A DNA stretch of 64,000 bases from Candidatus Latescibacterota bacterium (lineage in GTDB: Bacteria > Latescibacterota > UBA2968 > GCA-2709665): NCBI GenBank assembly GCA_963662665.2, contig CAXXJS010000061.1, positions 64,001 through 128,000 on the forward strand, given 5' to 3'. A program made the position numbers and the translations under genes. Positions 19,921-29,820 of this stretch are shown here, in pieces (positions within the stretch are counted from its first letter, which is position 1; each line of letters opens with the position of its first letter). The notes below the pieces were generated by a model, which was not told the origin of the DNA, did no database searches, and saw only the letters and a program-made list of their open reading frames with translations.

Positions 19921-20585
19921 GCATCAGCGAATGTGAATCTGCTTCGGGCGCGGCGGTTGTGATCGACGTAATGCGGGCATATACCGTTGCCGCGTGGGCG
20001 ATGCACATGGGCGCGTCGCGTATGATTCTGGTTGACGACCTTGAAGAAGCCCTGAAACTCAAGTCGCGGCTTCCTGGATCCCTGGCGTTGAAGGATGGTG
20101 CGCCGGCAGAGGGATTCGATCTGTATAATTCACCCGCGGACCTGTTGGACGCGGACATCCTTGGCAAGACCATCGTGCAGCGGACAACGGCCGGGACGAT
20201 TGGCGCGGTTGCCGTTCGCCATTGCAAACCACTGATCTGCACGGGATTCGTCTGCGCATCGGCTGTGGCCCGGAGAATACGCGATCTGGCGCCCGATGAA
20301 CTGACCTATGTGGTGACGGGCGAAGACGGAACGGCCGAGGAGGATCTCGCGTGCGCTGAATATATCGATGCGCTCGTTCGAGATCCCCTGGCTGATCCGG
20401 CCCCGTACATCCAGAGAGCTTCAGAGTCCAAAGCGGCGATCGATATCCTTCAGGCAGCGGCGGAGGGCTACCCGGGTATAAACCCACGAGACGTCGAAAT
20501 GTGCATGGATGTCAACCGTTTCAGCTTTACGCTTGAGGCTTCGATGGAAGGCGGACTTCTCGTCCTGGGGAAACATCAAGCATAG
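19905..20585 (+). CDS. comB: 2-phosphosulfolactate phosphatase family protein
   Basis: AVVIDVMRA, NSP, TTAGT, EEDLACA motifs. Confidence 0.85.
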   Translation: MAKFIGISECESASGAAVVIDVMRAYTVAAWAMHMGASRMILVDDLEEALKLKSRLPGSLALKDGAPAEGFDLYNSPADLLDADILGKTIVQRTTAGTIGAVAVRHCKPLICTGFVCASAVARRIRDLAPDELTYVVTGEDGTAEEDLACAEYIDALVRDPLADPAPYIQRASESKAAIDILQAAAEGYPGINPRDVEMCMDVNRFSFTLEASMEGGLLVLGKHQA

Positions 20586-20726
20586 ATTCTTTTATCCCAA
20601 TGACTTAGATCGCTTCTTATTGCAACCCATCACCTTTCCGCATGGTACGTGACGGGTGTGCGGACGGGCCGGCCCGGAGGTAATCCGCGCTGCAACGTCA
20701 CCCTGATCGTTTGAGAGAGAAACCCT

Positions 20727-21536
20727 GTGGACGCGTCGAAGATCACCTTTGTCAGCGATCGGGATGGGACCTTCGATCTCTTCGTAATGAACCCGGACGG
20801 GAGCAATCAGAAGAATATTACCCGTACCGCCTGGGAGGAGGATCATCCGCGATGGTCGCCCGATGGCAAATGTATCGCGTACTGCGACCGGCGCCATGGA
20901 AAAGGGGAGATCTACCTGATCGATGCAGATGGGAGCCGACCGAGACGACTGACCCGCAATTCGGCGCCGGATCTTCGTCCGCACTGGTCACCGGACGGGC
21001 AGACGATCATCTTTACGACCGATCGAGACGATAACGTCGAAATCTACGCGATGAACCGCAACGGATCCAACCAGAGGAACCTGACCGATCATCCCGCGCG
21101 GGAACTCGAGTCAACGTACTCTCCCGACGGCTCTCAGATCGCGTTTACCACGGACCGTGACGGAAGATCGCAAATCTACGTGATGAACCCGGATGGCAGC
21201 GGACAGCGACGTCTACACGTGTCACACGGCGACGACGACGATCCGGCCTGGTCGCCGGACGGCATGTGGATTGCCTTCAAATCGGACCGCGACGGTGACA
21301 CGCAGGTATACGTCATGAGGGCGGACGGGTCCGACGCCAGATGTCTCACCAACCTTGAAAAGGGCGCTGGAGAAACCTCCTGGTCTCCAACCGGTCGGCA
21401 GATCGCATTTGCAGCCAACAGAGACGGCCGTCAGCAGATCTACCGAATCGATTTCGACGGCGGGAACCTGATCAACCTCTCCAATAGCCCGGCCAATGAT
21501 TTCGCGCCCGATTGGGGGCCGGAGATCGGGCAGTGA
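20727..21536 (+). CDS. TolB-like PD40 beta-propeller protein
   Basis: Repeated WSPDG..IAF.SDRDG..IY.M..DG. Confidence 0.9.
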   Translation: MDASKITFVSDRDGTFDLFVMNPDGSNQKNITRTAWEEDHPRWSPDGKCIAYCDRRHGKGEIYLIDADGSRPRRLTRNSAPDLRPHWSPDGQTIIFTTDRDDNVEIYAMNRNGSNQRNLTDHPARELESTYSPDGSQIAFTTDRDGRSQIYVMNPDGSGQRRLHVSHGDDDDPAWSPDGMWIAFKSDRDGDTQVYVMRADGSDARCLTNLEKGAGETSWSPTGRQIAFAANRDGRQQIYRIDFDGGNLINLSNSPANDFAPDWGPEIGQ

Positions 21537-21613
21537 GTATTCAGGATTTCTTATTCAGTGCCGGGTACGGCCGCGCCACCCCGGAGATTTGCAAAGAATG
21601 ACGGAGGTATACA

Positions 21614-21985
21614 ATGCGATTTAATGGGATTTGTATCGTTTCAGACAATGTGCCTCGATTATGCGCTTTCTATAGAGCGATATTGAAACTCGAACCTGAA
21701 GAAGCGAATATTTTCGAGATAATCCCGACGGAGGGAGCGGAATTGTCAGTCTACTCCTCGGAACGCACGGAGAAAACAGCGCCTGGATGCCTGGAGGGAT
21801 CCGGAAACGGCAGGTATACCATCGAGTTCGAGGTGGAAGACGTCGACCGGGAATTCGAACGCCTGGCGGCCCTGAATGTCGAGATTGTCAAACCGCCCAC
21901 AACCCAGCCGTGGGGACGCCGGTCGGTCTGGTTTCGCGATCCGGACCGCAACATCGTCAACTTCTACGCCAATGTTCAGGTATAG
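21614..21985 (+). CDS. VOC/glyoxalase family protein
   Basis: FEVEDVD...QPWGRRSVWFRDPD. Confidence 0.9.
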   Translation: MRFNGICIVSDNVPRLCAFYRAILKLEPEEANIFEIIPTEGAELSVYSSERTEKTAPGCLEGSGNGRYTIEFEVEDVDREFERLAALNVEIVKPPTTQPWGRRSVWFRDPDRNIVNFYANVQV

Positions 21986-22051
21986 AATGGATGTGAGAGA
22001 CGCAAACCAAGCGGATCAGGTTTGCAAAGTCTTACGGTAATGGGGGGCCGA

Positions 22052-22870
22052 ATGGATCGAATTGCCGCATATTACGGCAAAAAGAGCGAAAGCCGGCGCC
22101 TCCTGAGCGGCCGAGGCGAACTGGAATTCGTCCGGACGAAGCGGATTATAGACCAGTATGTGCCGAACGAATCCGGACTGTCGATCGCAGACGTCGGCGG
22201 AGGTACCGGTCCGTACGCGTTCTGGCTTGCGGGGAAGGGACACCGGGTTTCACTGTTTGATCTGGCGCATCGACACGTCGATGAGGCTGTGTGGATCAAC
22301 AGAACCGCGCAAAGGCCGCTCACCCGGATTGAAACTGCCGATGTGCGGACACTTGAACTCGAAGCCGGGCAGTATGGCGTCGTACTGCTCCTGGGACCCA
22401 TGTACCATCTCACCAGCGCAATGGAACGCATTCAGGTCCTTCGGAAAGCCGCCGACTGGCTGTCACCCGACGGCGTTGGGTTTGTGGCCTATATTTCACG
22501 GTTTGCATCGATGTTGGATGGTTTCACGCAGCGTCTTTACGATAATCCGGAATTTCTAGATATTGTGAGGCAGGACCTCGAAACGGGCGTTCACCGACCC
22601 AACAGGGACAATACGAGATACTTTACCGATGCGTATTTCCACCATCCGGATGAGATCGAGCGGGAAGCCGGGAAGGCAAATCTACAGGTCGTGGACCTCG
22701 TCGCCGTAGAGGGAATTGCGTGGATGTGGCAGAATTTCGACGAGATGTGGGCGGACCCGCGAGAACGTGCCATCATGCTCGAGATGATCGACCGCTCGGA
22801 CCGGGACCGCTCTCTCATGGGCGCAAGCAGCCACATTCTTTTGGTTTTCAAAAAGCGCGGCGTTGCATAA
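22052..22870 (+). CDS. Class I SAM methyltransferase
   Basis: IADVGGGTGPY, LLGPMYHL. Confidence 0.9.
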   Translation: MDRIAAYYGKKSESRRLLSGRGELEFVRTKRIIDQYVPNESGLSIADVGGGTGPYAFWLAGKGHRVSLFDLAHRHVDEAVWINRTAQRPLTRIETADVRTLELEAGQYGVVLLLGPMYHLTSAMERIQVLRKAADWLSPDGVGFVAYISRFASMLDGFTQRLYDNPEFLDIVRQDLETGVHRPNRDNTRYFTDAYFHHPDEIEREAGKANLQVVDLVAVEGIAWMWQNFDEMWADPRERAIMLEMIDRSDRDRSLMGASSHILLVFKKRGVA

Positions 22871-22930
22871 CAACACGAATCTTGCCTCACCGCTTTCGAC
22901 TGTTTGTTCAGGTGGGCAACCTCGCGACGC

Positions 22931-23105
22931 CTTCGACGAACTCATGGCAGCGCCTGCGAACCTTCGAACGGCTCAGGCACTGCAGACTCAGGGATCGGCT
23001 CGGCTTCTGCGAGTCCCGCTCAAGGGGAGAGTGATACGGGCCGTCAAACGGGCTTGCGCGCTGACCTCCGTCAATATAGTTGCGGCTGAGCAGAAGAAGC
23101 CCCGT
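22931..23105 (+). repeat. Composite intergenic repeat, copy 2
   Basis: cggctcggcttctgcga.tccc.ctcaagggg shared with 2786-2945. Confidence 0.7.
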
Positions 23106-23118
23106 CGGGTACAACTCA

Positions 23119-23940
23119 ATGAAGGAATTACCCCAGGGAAGGAAGAGCAGGATCGAGGTCCTTTCGGACGGCAGCGGGGTCAGGAAGACGTACAATGAAA
23201 ACGGATCCGCGGCGGAGAAGTATCGGCGGGAGGTCGGGTTCTACACTCACTATGCCGGATCCAACCTGATTCCGGGACTCATCGGATGCGCGCAAGATAA
23301 GCACATCACTGTCGAGAGAATCGAAGGCCGGAGACTTGCAGACCTGCTGCCCCTCACGTGCGAGGAGATGACGTCGCTTGCGGAAGACTATATTCGGAAA
23401 TTGGCGGAACTTTTCGCGGTTTCAACCGGCGTAGATTGCAGGACCAGGGAAACGTATTACAATGGGCTGGGCGCGGAGGATAACCGTGCATTGCTGCTTG
23501 AACGTCTCGATCGGCTGATTGAATTGTACGATGGAAATCCAATCATTGCCGATCTTCGCGGCTCAGTTTCCAGGATACAGCGTGATCAGGGACTCCTGAT
23601 CAAGCTCGACTGGAATGCTGAAAACGTCTTCCTCCTTGATGGCAGGATCCACAAATTCATCGACTTCGAGCAGGCCTTCATCGGTTCGAAAGCAATCCTG
23701 GCCGGAGTTCTGCTTCACAATCCGATCTGGCCGGCTGCCCGGATCTTCCGTGGGTTGAAGGATGGCGGATTTATCAAATCTGGTGTCAGAGATTTCCGGA
23801 AATATATCTGCTACGGTTTCTCGGCAGTTCTCGTGGATTCGATCCGGAGACGAGGCGCATTATGGGAATCGGAACGACTCGAGTCCGCATTCGAGAGACA
23901 CGTGACGGCCCGCTATAGTGAGATTGCAAAAGGAATGTAG
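23119..23940 (+). CDS. Protein kinase-like/APH-fold protein
   Basis: REVGFY, DWNAENV catalytic-like loop, FIDFE. Confidence 0.65.
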   Translation: MKELPQGRKSRIEVLSDGSGVRKTYNENGSAAEKYRREVGFYTHYAGSNLIPGLIGCAQDKHITVERIEGRRLADLLPLTCEEMTSLAEDYIRKLAELFAVSTGVDCRTRETYYNGLGAEDNRALLLERLDRLIELYDGNPIIADLRGSVSRIQRDQGLLIKLDWNAENVFLLDGRIHKFIDFEQAFIGSKAILAGVLLHNPIWPAARIFRGLKDGGFIKSGVRDFRKYICYGFSAVLVDSIRRRGALWESERLESAFERHVTARYSEIAKGM

Positions 23941-23985
23941 AAGCGAGCGAACGGTCCGCCTGCACAAATCAATGGGGTTCCTGGA

Positions 23986-24462
23986 ATGCGAACGTACACG
24001 CATGCTTCGGACGGGTACACTTGTCCTTTCTGCCTGGTCGTGAAGGGAATCGAGAACGAACACGTCTGGACGAAACAGCAGGACGTCGTGTTTCGTGATG
24101 GTCACGTCACGGCTTTCATCTCTTCTGCGTGGTGGCCCGGGAATCCCGGGCATGTTCTCGTCATTCCCAATGAACACATTGAAAACGTCTACACAATGCC
24201 AACCCGCTTGCTGGCCAGAATCCAGGAAGTCGCCAGAGAGGTCTCTATCGGATTCAAAGAAAATTACGAATGCGACGGGGTCTCATCGCGCCAGCACAAT
24301 GAACCTGCGGGAAACCAGGATGTGTGGCACTACCACCTGCATGTCTTCCCACGATGGCAAGGCGACCGACTTTATCTCGAACGCCGGAGATCCACGAGTC
24401 CGGAAGCGCGAAGACCCTATGCCGAGCCCCTGCGAGCGTGGCTGAATGCCAGGCTGGGATAG
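23986..24462 (+). CDS. HIT family hydrolase
   Basis: CPFC, PGHVLVIP, HYHLH. Confidence 0.93.
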   Translation: MRTYTHASDGYTCPFCLVVKGIENEHVWTKQQDVVFRDGHVTAFISSAWWPGNPGHVLVIPNEHIENVYTMPTRLLARIQEVAREVSIGFKENYECDGVSSRQHNEPAGNQDVWHYHLHVFPRWQGDRLYLERRRSTSPEARRPYAEPLRAWLNARLG

Positions 24463-24589
24463 GTTAGAGCGCAGAGAGTCAAAGGTCCATGACAGGAATC
24501 CGGGGCTGTTGCGCAGGAAATAACACACCGGCGTATTGTCTCGGATGCCTTACGCGAAGGAGCGATACCTGGTTCAAGGGCATGAAAGG

Positions 24590-24616
24590 GTGGAGCAGAC
24601 ATTCCTGTCTGCTCAC
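24590..24616 (+). repeat. REP-like palindrome (gtggagcagacattcctgtctgc family)
   Basis: gagcagaca-ttcc-tgtctgctc; related copies at 36504 and 36664. Confidence 0.7.
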
Positions 24617-24766
24617 ATAACTCAATTCGAGACCTCGGTGTCCTGTGTCTCGGTACCCCAAAACGGGCCGCCGCCTGGCACGCAGGAAACGAACGGGACT
24701 GACTATCGGATCACCATTCGCCCCGCTGACGCGAACCCCTGCGACAAACGAAAGGACCGATCAACC

Positions 24767-26107
24767 ATGTTTCGAATACAAATGAAAATCGCGCCGATGT
24801 TGCTTGCAGTATTGATACCATGCTCTTGGGCTTCAGCCGACGAATGGCCGCAATGGCGCGGACCGGAGAGGGACGGCGTATGGCGTGAAACCGGGATTAT
24901 CGAAAAGTTCGACGGGCCGGACATCCCGATCCGCTGGCGAGTGCCCATCGGCAGCGGCTACAGCGGCCCGAGTGTCGTGGGCGGGCGCGTCTACATTACT
25001 GACAGGCTTGCGAAACCGAAACAGGTTGAACGGGTCCAATGTTTCGCATGGGAAACGGGCGAACTGATCTGGTCCTACACGTACGATTGCGAGTACCGAA
25101 TCGGCTACGTTGCGGGTCCCCGCGCGACGGTTACCGTGCATAACGGCCTCGCTTACGCCCTCGGGGCGACGGGACATCTCCACTGCTTCGATGCGGCGAC
25201 GGGCGAACTGAAGTGGAATAGAGACCTGAACGCTGAATACAATATTGCGATGCCAACGTGGGGTATCGCTAGCGCGCCCATCGTTGAAGGCTCGAACGTG
25301 GTCGTCCAGATTGGCGGAACGCCCGGAGCGTGTATCGTCGCTTTCGACAGAGAAACGGGAGCCGAGAAATGGAAGGCCCTTGATGACAAAGCATCTTACT
25401 CCGCCCCGATTGTGATTACGCAGGGCAATGCGCGCGTCCTGGTCTCTCGGACAGCCGAGAGCATCGTCGGTCTCAACCCGAAGACGGGCGGTGTGTACTG
25501 GCGCCATCCCTTTCCGCCGAATCGCATGGAGATCGGAATCGCATCCCCCGTCCTCTATCGTAACGAGTTGTTTTTCACAGACTTCTTTGATGGGTCCTTG
25601 CTACTTAAACTGAATCCAAGAAAGCCGGAGATGCAATTCGGGTGGCACCGTAAGGGAGAGAGTGAAAGAAACACGGATGCGCTGCATTCAACGATGTCGA
25701 CTCCGGTCCGACTTGGAGATTATATCTACGGCGTGGACAGTTACGGGGAACTCCGCTGTCTGGATGCCCGCAACGGCGATCGGATCTGGGAAGACCTCAC
25801 CGCGGTTCCCAAAGCCCGCTGGAGCAATATCCATTTTATCAGAAACGGCGACAGGGTCTGGATGTTCAACGAGCGGGGTGAACTGCTGATCACCACGCTT
25901 TCGCCGGACGGGCTGAACATCATCAGTCGCGCGAAACTGATCGAGCCCACACGCGACCAGTTGAACCGCAGAGGTGGCGTCACGTGGGCGCATCCCGGTT
26001 TCGCCTATAAACACGTGTTCGTGCGAAATGACGAGGAACTGGTCTGCGCCAGTCTGGCGCAAAGCGAGGATAAGGATGACCGGGAATCTTCCGGAAACGA
26101 ACCTTGA
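24767..26107 (+). CDS. Secreted PQQ-like beta-propeller protein
   Basis: Signal peptide; DEWPQWRGP.RDG; repeated C.DA.TG..W blades. Confidence 0.9.
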   Translation: MFRIQMKIAPMLLAVLIPCSWASADEWPQWRGPERDGVWRETGIIEKFDGPDIPIRWRVPIGSGYSGPSVVGGRVYITDRLAKPKQVERVQCFAWETGELIWSYTYDCEYRIGYVAGPRATVTVHNGLAYALGATGHLHCFDAATGELKWNRDLNAEYNIAMPTWGIASAPIVEGSNVVVQIGGTPGACIVAFDRETGAEKWKALDDKASYSAPIVITQGNARVLVSRTAESIVGLNPKTGGVYWRHPFPPNRMEIGIASPVLYRNELFFTDFFDGSLLLKLNPRKPEMQFGWHRKGESERNTDALHSTMSTPVRLGDYIYGVDSYGELRCLDARNGDRIWEDLTAVPKARWSNIHFIRNGDRVWMFNERGELLITTLSPDGLNIISRAKLIEPTRDQLNRRGGVTWAHPGFAYKHVFVRNDEELVCASLAQSEDKDDRESSGNEP

Positions 26108-26295
26108 TACATTATTCTTCCGGGACGTAAAATCGAATATAGGCAAGTGGATAAAGGCGATTTGACGGCTGCCTACCAGGATACACCAGGTCACTGGACG
26201 CGAACTGAAAAAACGTCCTTTTTGCCGACCGTTGCGCTCCGTTTCAGGGGTTTTCGTCGCGTTGCCGAGTTGCTGTTTTTTCGAATTGGGACGAA
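26099..26295 (+). mobile_element. MITE copy 2 (degenerate ends)
   Basis: aaccttgata...taccaggatacaccaggtcac...cgaattggg; supplies the TGA of the upstream gene. Confidence 0.8.
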
Positions 26296-26319
26296 GATCT
26301 GATTCGTATTGCCGTATCT

Positions 26320-26342
26320 GTTCGCAAATGCCGTAGTTAGAT
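26320..26342 (+). other. Right end (R') of a truncated attC, or an attI-like crossover site
   Basis: GTTAGATgaaatgaa matches 14/15 nt of the reverse complement of ttcacttcATCTAAC at 29201-29215. Confidence 0.75.
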
Positions 26343-26419
26343 GAAATGAAAAAAATAAAGATCTACACAGATAAATTGCCAGAAGAACACCATTCTATGA
26401 ACGAACAGGTTTATGGGTT

Positions 26420-27082
26420 ATGTATGAACTTCTAGCGAAGAATATAACCGCCGTATTCGCCCTTGGAGGAGTTTTGTTGGGCTCAATGTTCACCTTCTTT
26501 GCAAATTCAAGATTAAAAGAGAAGGAGTTGCAACTTCGGCTACGGGAAAAGGTGCTGGATCGGCGAATCGAAGCCCATGAGGCAATTTTTAAGCTGGTTG
26601 CTCCAATGAGACATATGAGGTCGTTGGAGTATCAGGAGTCTGAATCAGAACTTGCCCGAACGCCACAGTTCTTCATGAGTCCTGAGGAATTTTACTCTTG
26701 GCATATTCAGCATTTAGAAGTGGCTGCGACCTATTCTGCGTGGCTAACAAAGCCTGTAAGCCGTGAACTCAATTTTATACAAGACTATACGCTAAACCTA
26801 TCTATGCTTATCGGGCCAGCCCCTGCCAATCTATTTCCTGAGATTGGTCGTATCATTCGGTCAGACTTTATCGATATGGCGCACCAACTAGAGAAAATTG
26901 CATTCGATTTTTTTGAGAAGGACCTAAGTAAGATGACATTTGGTGATCCTGACGAGCATCATAAATATAAAAAAGATGAAACGTTAGAAAGGTTAAACTT
27001 AACCAAACTATATCAAGAATGGGCTACAATAGCCGAAATGATCCAGTCGAATACAGAGTCTTCTATCCTGACCTATTCATGA
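26420..27082 (+). CDS. Hypothetical protein with an N-terminal TM helix; last codons replaced by IS1380
   Basis: AT-rich ORF; removing the IS restores ...TESSITK*. Confidence 0.8.
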   Translation: MYELLAKNITAVFALGGVLLGSMFTFFANSRLKEKELQLRLREKVLDRRIEAHEAIFKLVAPMRHMRSLEYQESESELARTPQFFMSPEEFYSWHIQHLEVAATYSAWLTKPVSRELNFIQDYTLNLSMLIGPAPANLFPEIGRIIRSDFIDMAHQLEKIAFDFFEKDLSKMTFGDPDEHHKYKKDETLERLNLTKLYQEWATIAEMIQSNTESSILTYS

Positions 27083-28764
27083 ATCGTCAGGGATTGCAGA
27101 TTCGTGCAGCAGAAGCAGCTTTCGAGTGAGTCTAAGAACGCAGGAGAAAGCTGGCTGTGCGGAACTGGCGTTTTCAAGCGATTTCAGGGTGTATTTTTGT
27201 AGCAGGGTTGCGTGGAGGCGTCAGGATGACCTTGTTGTGACTGCCAAGAGCACAGACTTCTCCATGGCTTTTGGTGGTAGCAATCAAGACGTGAAGGCGG
27301 CCTGTTCCAGATGGAAACGTTATGGCATGGCGGTTCCCAGATTGTAGAGCATGGTTCGATAGAGGTGTTTGAGTGGAAACGCCGTTGGCAGATGGAACGT
27401 GATTTTGGTTTTCAGTTCACAAACGCGCCCGGCGACTTTCAAGATGCGGTTTTGCAGCGTATTAAACTGGGCGTTCGTCCACGTGGTGCCGCGCAACCCG
27501 ATATGGGCCAGGGCGTGCACCAACACATAGGCGGCGCTGTGGAGAAAGAGCCGGAAGTGATTGGCGTGGAAGGTGTGGCAAGAGGTGCGATCGGAATGCA
27601 GAAAGGTCTTGTGATTCTTGATGAAGTTTTCCATCCTGCCGCGTGAGCAATAAGCGGTTTTGTAGATGAATGACGGTTGTGCGCCGTTCAGGTTGGTGAC
27701 CACGAATCGGATATTGTGACCTTGCGGGGTGACTTCTGCCTTGCAGATGATGCGGCGTGGGGAAGACCAGCTGCCGGCCTGATAGTCCCAACAGCGATAC
27801 AGGCGCACAGGTTTTCCCCCATCGGCATACAGCGCTTTGGCCTGGTCCATCAAGGGCTGTGCCAACCGCAGCAGCACCGCGTTTCCGCCTTGTCCGAGGA
27901 TAAAAAACACATCGTTTTCGTCACACATCGTGTGCACTTCCGGACACGAAAAGTGTGAATCGCCACGCAACAGGATCTTGACATCGGGCCATGCTTTACG
28001 CAGGTAGGCGATCACCCGTTTGAGAATCGACACGATCTCTTTGCCCGTGGGTCGGCGGCCCGGACGCAAGACCGTCGTGATCAACTTGCCGGTTTGCCCT
28101 TCATAGATATGCAGGGGTTGGTAGCAATAGCCCTTGAAATACGCATTGAATAACGACAACTGCTGGGATCCATACACCTTGTCTTCCGTGTCATCGATAT
28201 CCAACAGAATGGCTTCAGGGGGGTGCTTATACGAGGCGATAAACGCATCGGCAAAGGCCTTCGCGATACGATATAAGTCACCTCTGGTGATCCGGTTCTC
28301 GAACCGACTCATCGTGGGTTGACTGGCCAGGTTGGCACCGGTGACCGGCAACCGATCGCAGGCCGCCTTGAAGCCGGGGTCACTACGCAACGCATTGCAG
28401 TCGTTCGCATCCTCATACCCACACGCCATCTGAAAGACACGCTGAGTCAGCAGGTCCACCGACGGGTGATCCACGTAACTTGGATGCCGACGATCTGTTA
28501 TCGCCTCGACGATCCGACACAAAATGCCGATTCTGGATTCCACCTCGCGAAGCAGCATCGCCCCGGTGTCGCTGGTCAGCATGCCCCCGTCGAAGGTGGC
28601 TTCTACCCGTTTGCCAGAAACACTTGCGAAAGACATCCTTTGTTGTTTATCTTGACCTGCCACGGTAGTTTCCTCCCGGTTCATTGTTATCAGGTTATTC
28701 TCGTAACCATAATATAATACAATGACTTGGGTAAGGAAACTACCTTTTTTGTGAATTATTCAGA
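27067..28764 (-). mobile_element. IS1380 family insertion sequence
   Basis: Imperfect TIRs cctgacctattca / tgaattattcaga; 4-bp duplication CTAT at 27063-27066 and 28765-28768. Confidence 0.88.
27320..28684 (-). CDS. tnp: IS1380 family transposase
   Basis: FDGG.LTSD.G, GYEDAND, LASQPTMSRFEN, LRGDS, RGRMENFIK. Confidence 0.95.
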   Translation of the reverse strand: MNREETTVAGQDKQQRMSFASVSGKRVEATFDGGMLTSDTGAMLLREVESRIGILCRIVEAITDRRHPSYVDHPSVDLLTQRVFQMACGYEDANDCNALRSDPGFKAACDRLPVTGANLASQPTMSRFENRITRGDLYRIAKAFADAFIASYKHPPEAILLDIDDTEDKVYGSQQLSLFNAYFKGYCYQPLHIYEGQTGKLITTVLRPGRRPTGKEIVSILKRVIAYLRKAWPDVKILLRGDSHFSCPEVHTMCDENDVFFILGQGGNAVLLRLAQPLMDQAKALYADGGKPVRLYRCWDYQAGSWSSPRRIICKAEVTPQGHNIRFVVTNLNGAQPSFIYKTAYCSRGRMENFIKNHKTFLHSDRTSCHTFHANHFRLFLHSAAYVLVHALAHIGLRGTTWTNAQFNTLQNRILKVAGRVCELKTKITFHLPTAFPLKHLYRTMLYNLGTAMP

Positions 28765-28808
28765 CTATAACCAAATAATGGCAATTCCGTAAATATGGAG
28801 AAAATACA

Positions 28809-29174
28809 ATGAATTATGAATGGGAACGAGCATCAGAAAGAGGCCAAAAAGGAGTCGGATATGTGGAGGTATACAACACCACTGCTAAAGGCCATCGCAT
28901 TAGTGCTGTAATCAGCTTTCTCCCTCAAATAACAGGCCGTTCCAATCAGAGGCAAGTTAATGTATGTCTGTTTTTTGAAGGTAAAAAAGTGGAATTAACC
29001 GATGGCTTTTTTCACTGGATATATGACGATATTGGAGATATCGTTCAGGAGCAAGAAAGTGAATATTTCAATAGTGACTCTGAAGCGTTGGAGTATATGG
29101 TAACTCAAACTCTGATAGTAGACAGAATGCCTCAACTTGATTTGGTATCAAATGGTGATTACGCAATAGGCTAA
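28809..29174 (+). CDS. Hypothetical cassette protein
   Basis: RBS ggag; AT-rich; followed by an attC. Confidence 0.75.
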   Translation: MNYEWERASERGQKGVGYVEVYNTTAKGHRISAVISFLPQITGRSNQRQVNVCLFFEGKKVELTDGFFHWIYDDIGDIVQEQESEYFNSDSEALEYMVTQTLIVDRMPQLDLVSNGDYAIG

Positions 29175-29208
29175 TAATTTTGTGATATAAGGATGAAGAC
29201 TTCACTTC

Positions 29209-29298
29209 ATCTAACACAGCATTTTGCGCTGCGGCGTATACGCGCCTTGGGCTACGCCAACCCGCTGCGCGGGTTCGCAAATCGTGAAACCGTTATAT
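29209..29298 (+). other. Integron attC site (intact)
   Basis: ATCTAAC...GTTATAT, 90 bp; atttt-gcg/cgcaaat L-box pairing; central hairpins. Confidence 0.88.
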
Positions 29299-29820
29299 GT
29301 CATGCCAGAATCTTCTTGAGTCTAGAATTCAATGCGACTAGTACTCGTCCGCCACGGACAAGGCAAAGACCAGCTGACCGAGACGAACTCCGGTGAGCGC
29401 ACTTGCTCAGGTCTCACGGACTTGGGCAGGGAGCAAGTTTACGCGCTCGCGACACATCTTCGAGAGTCAGGTGAATTCTCCGATTGTCAGACGTTACTCA
29501 GCAGCACTATTGCGCGAGCGCGGCAGACCGCCAAGGTATTGTTGGATGTCTTGCCGGCACAATGCGTAACCGAGGATCCAGATCTATGTGAGCTGCGAAT
29601 GGGCCAAGCCGAGGGTCTCACCACCTCCGAGATCCAGACAAAGTATGGCGACGCAACGCCTCCGGGCGCGGAAACTTTCCAAGAATTGTTTGACAGAGCA
29701 CATTCAACGTTGTTGTCCTACTCGCGGCGATTCAACGGGCAGACAGTAATGGCAGTGACACATGGCGGATTCATCGTCGGGTCAACGATTAGGCTTCTTT
29801 CAGGCCCCGAGACCAAAGTC

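Noticed and set aside
24536-24766. 77-aa N-terminal extension of the PQQ-like protein
   Set aside because: It runs through a REP palindrome; the RBS and signal peptide point to a start at or after 24767.
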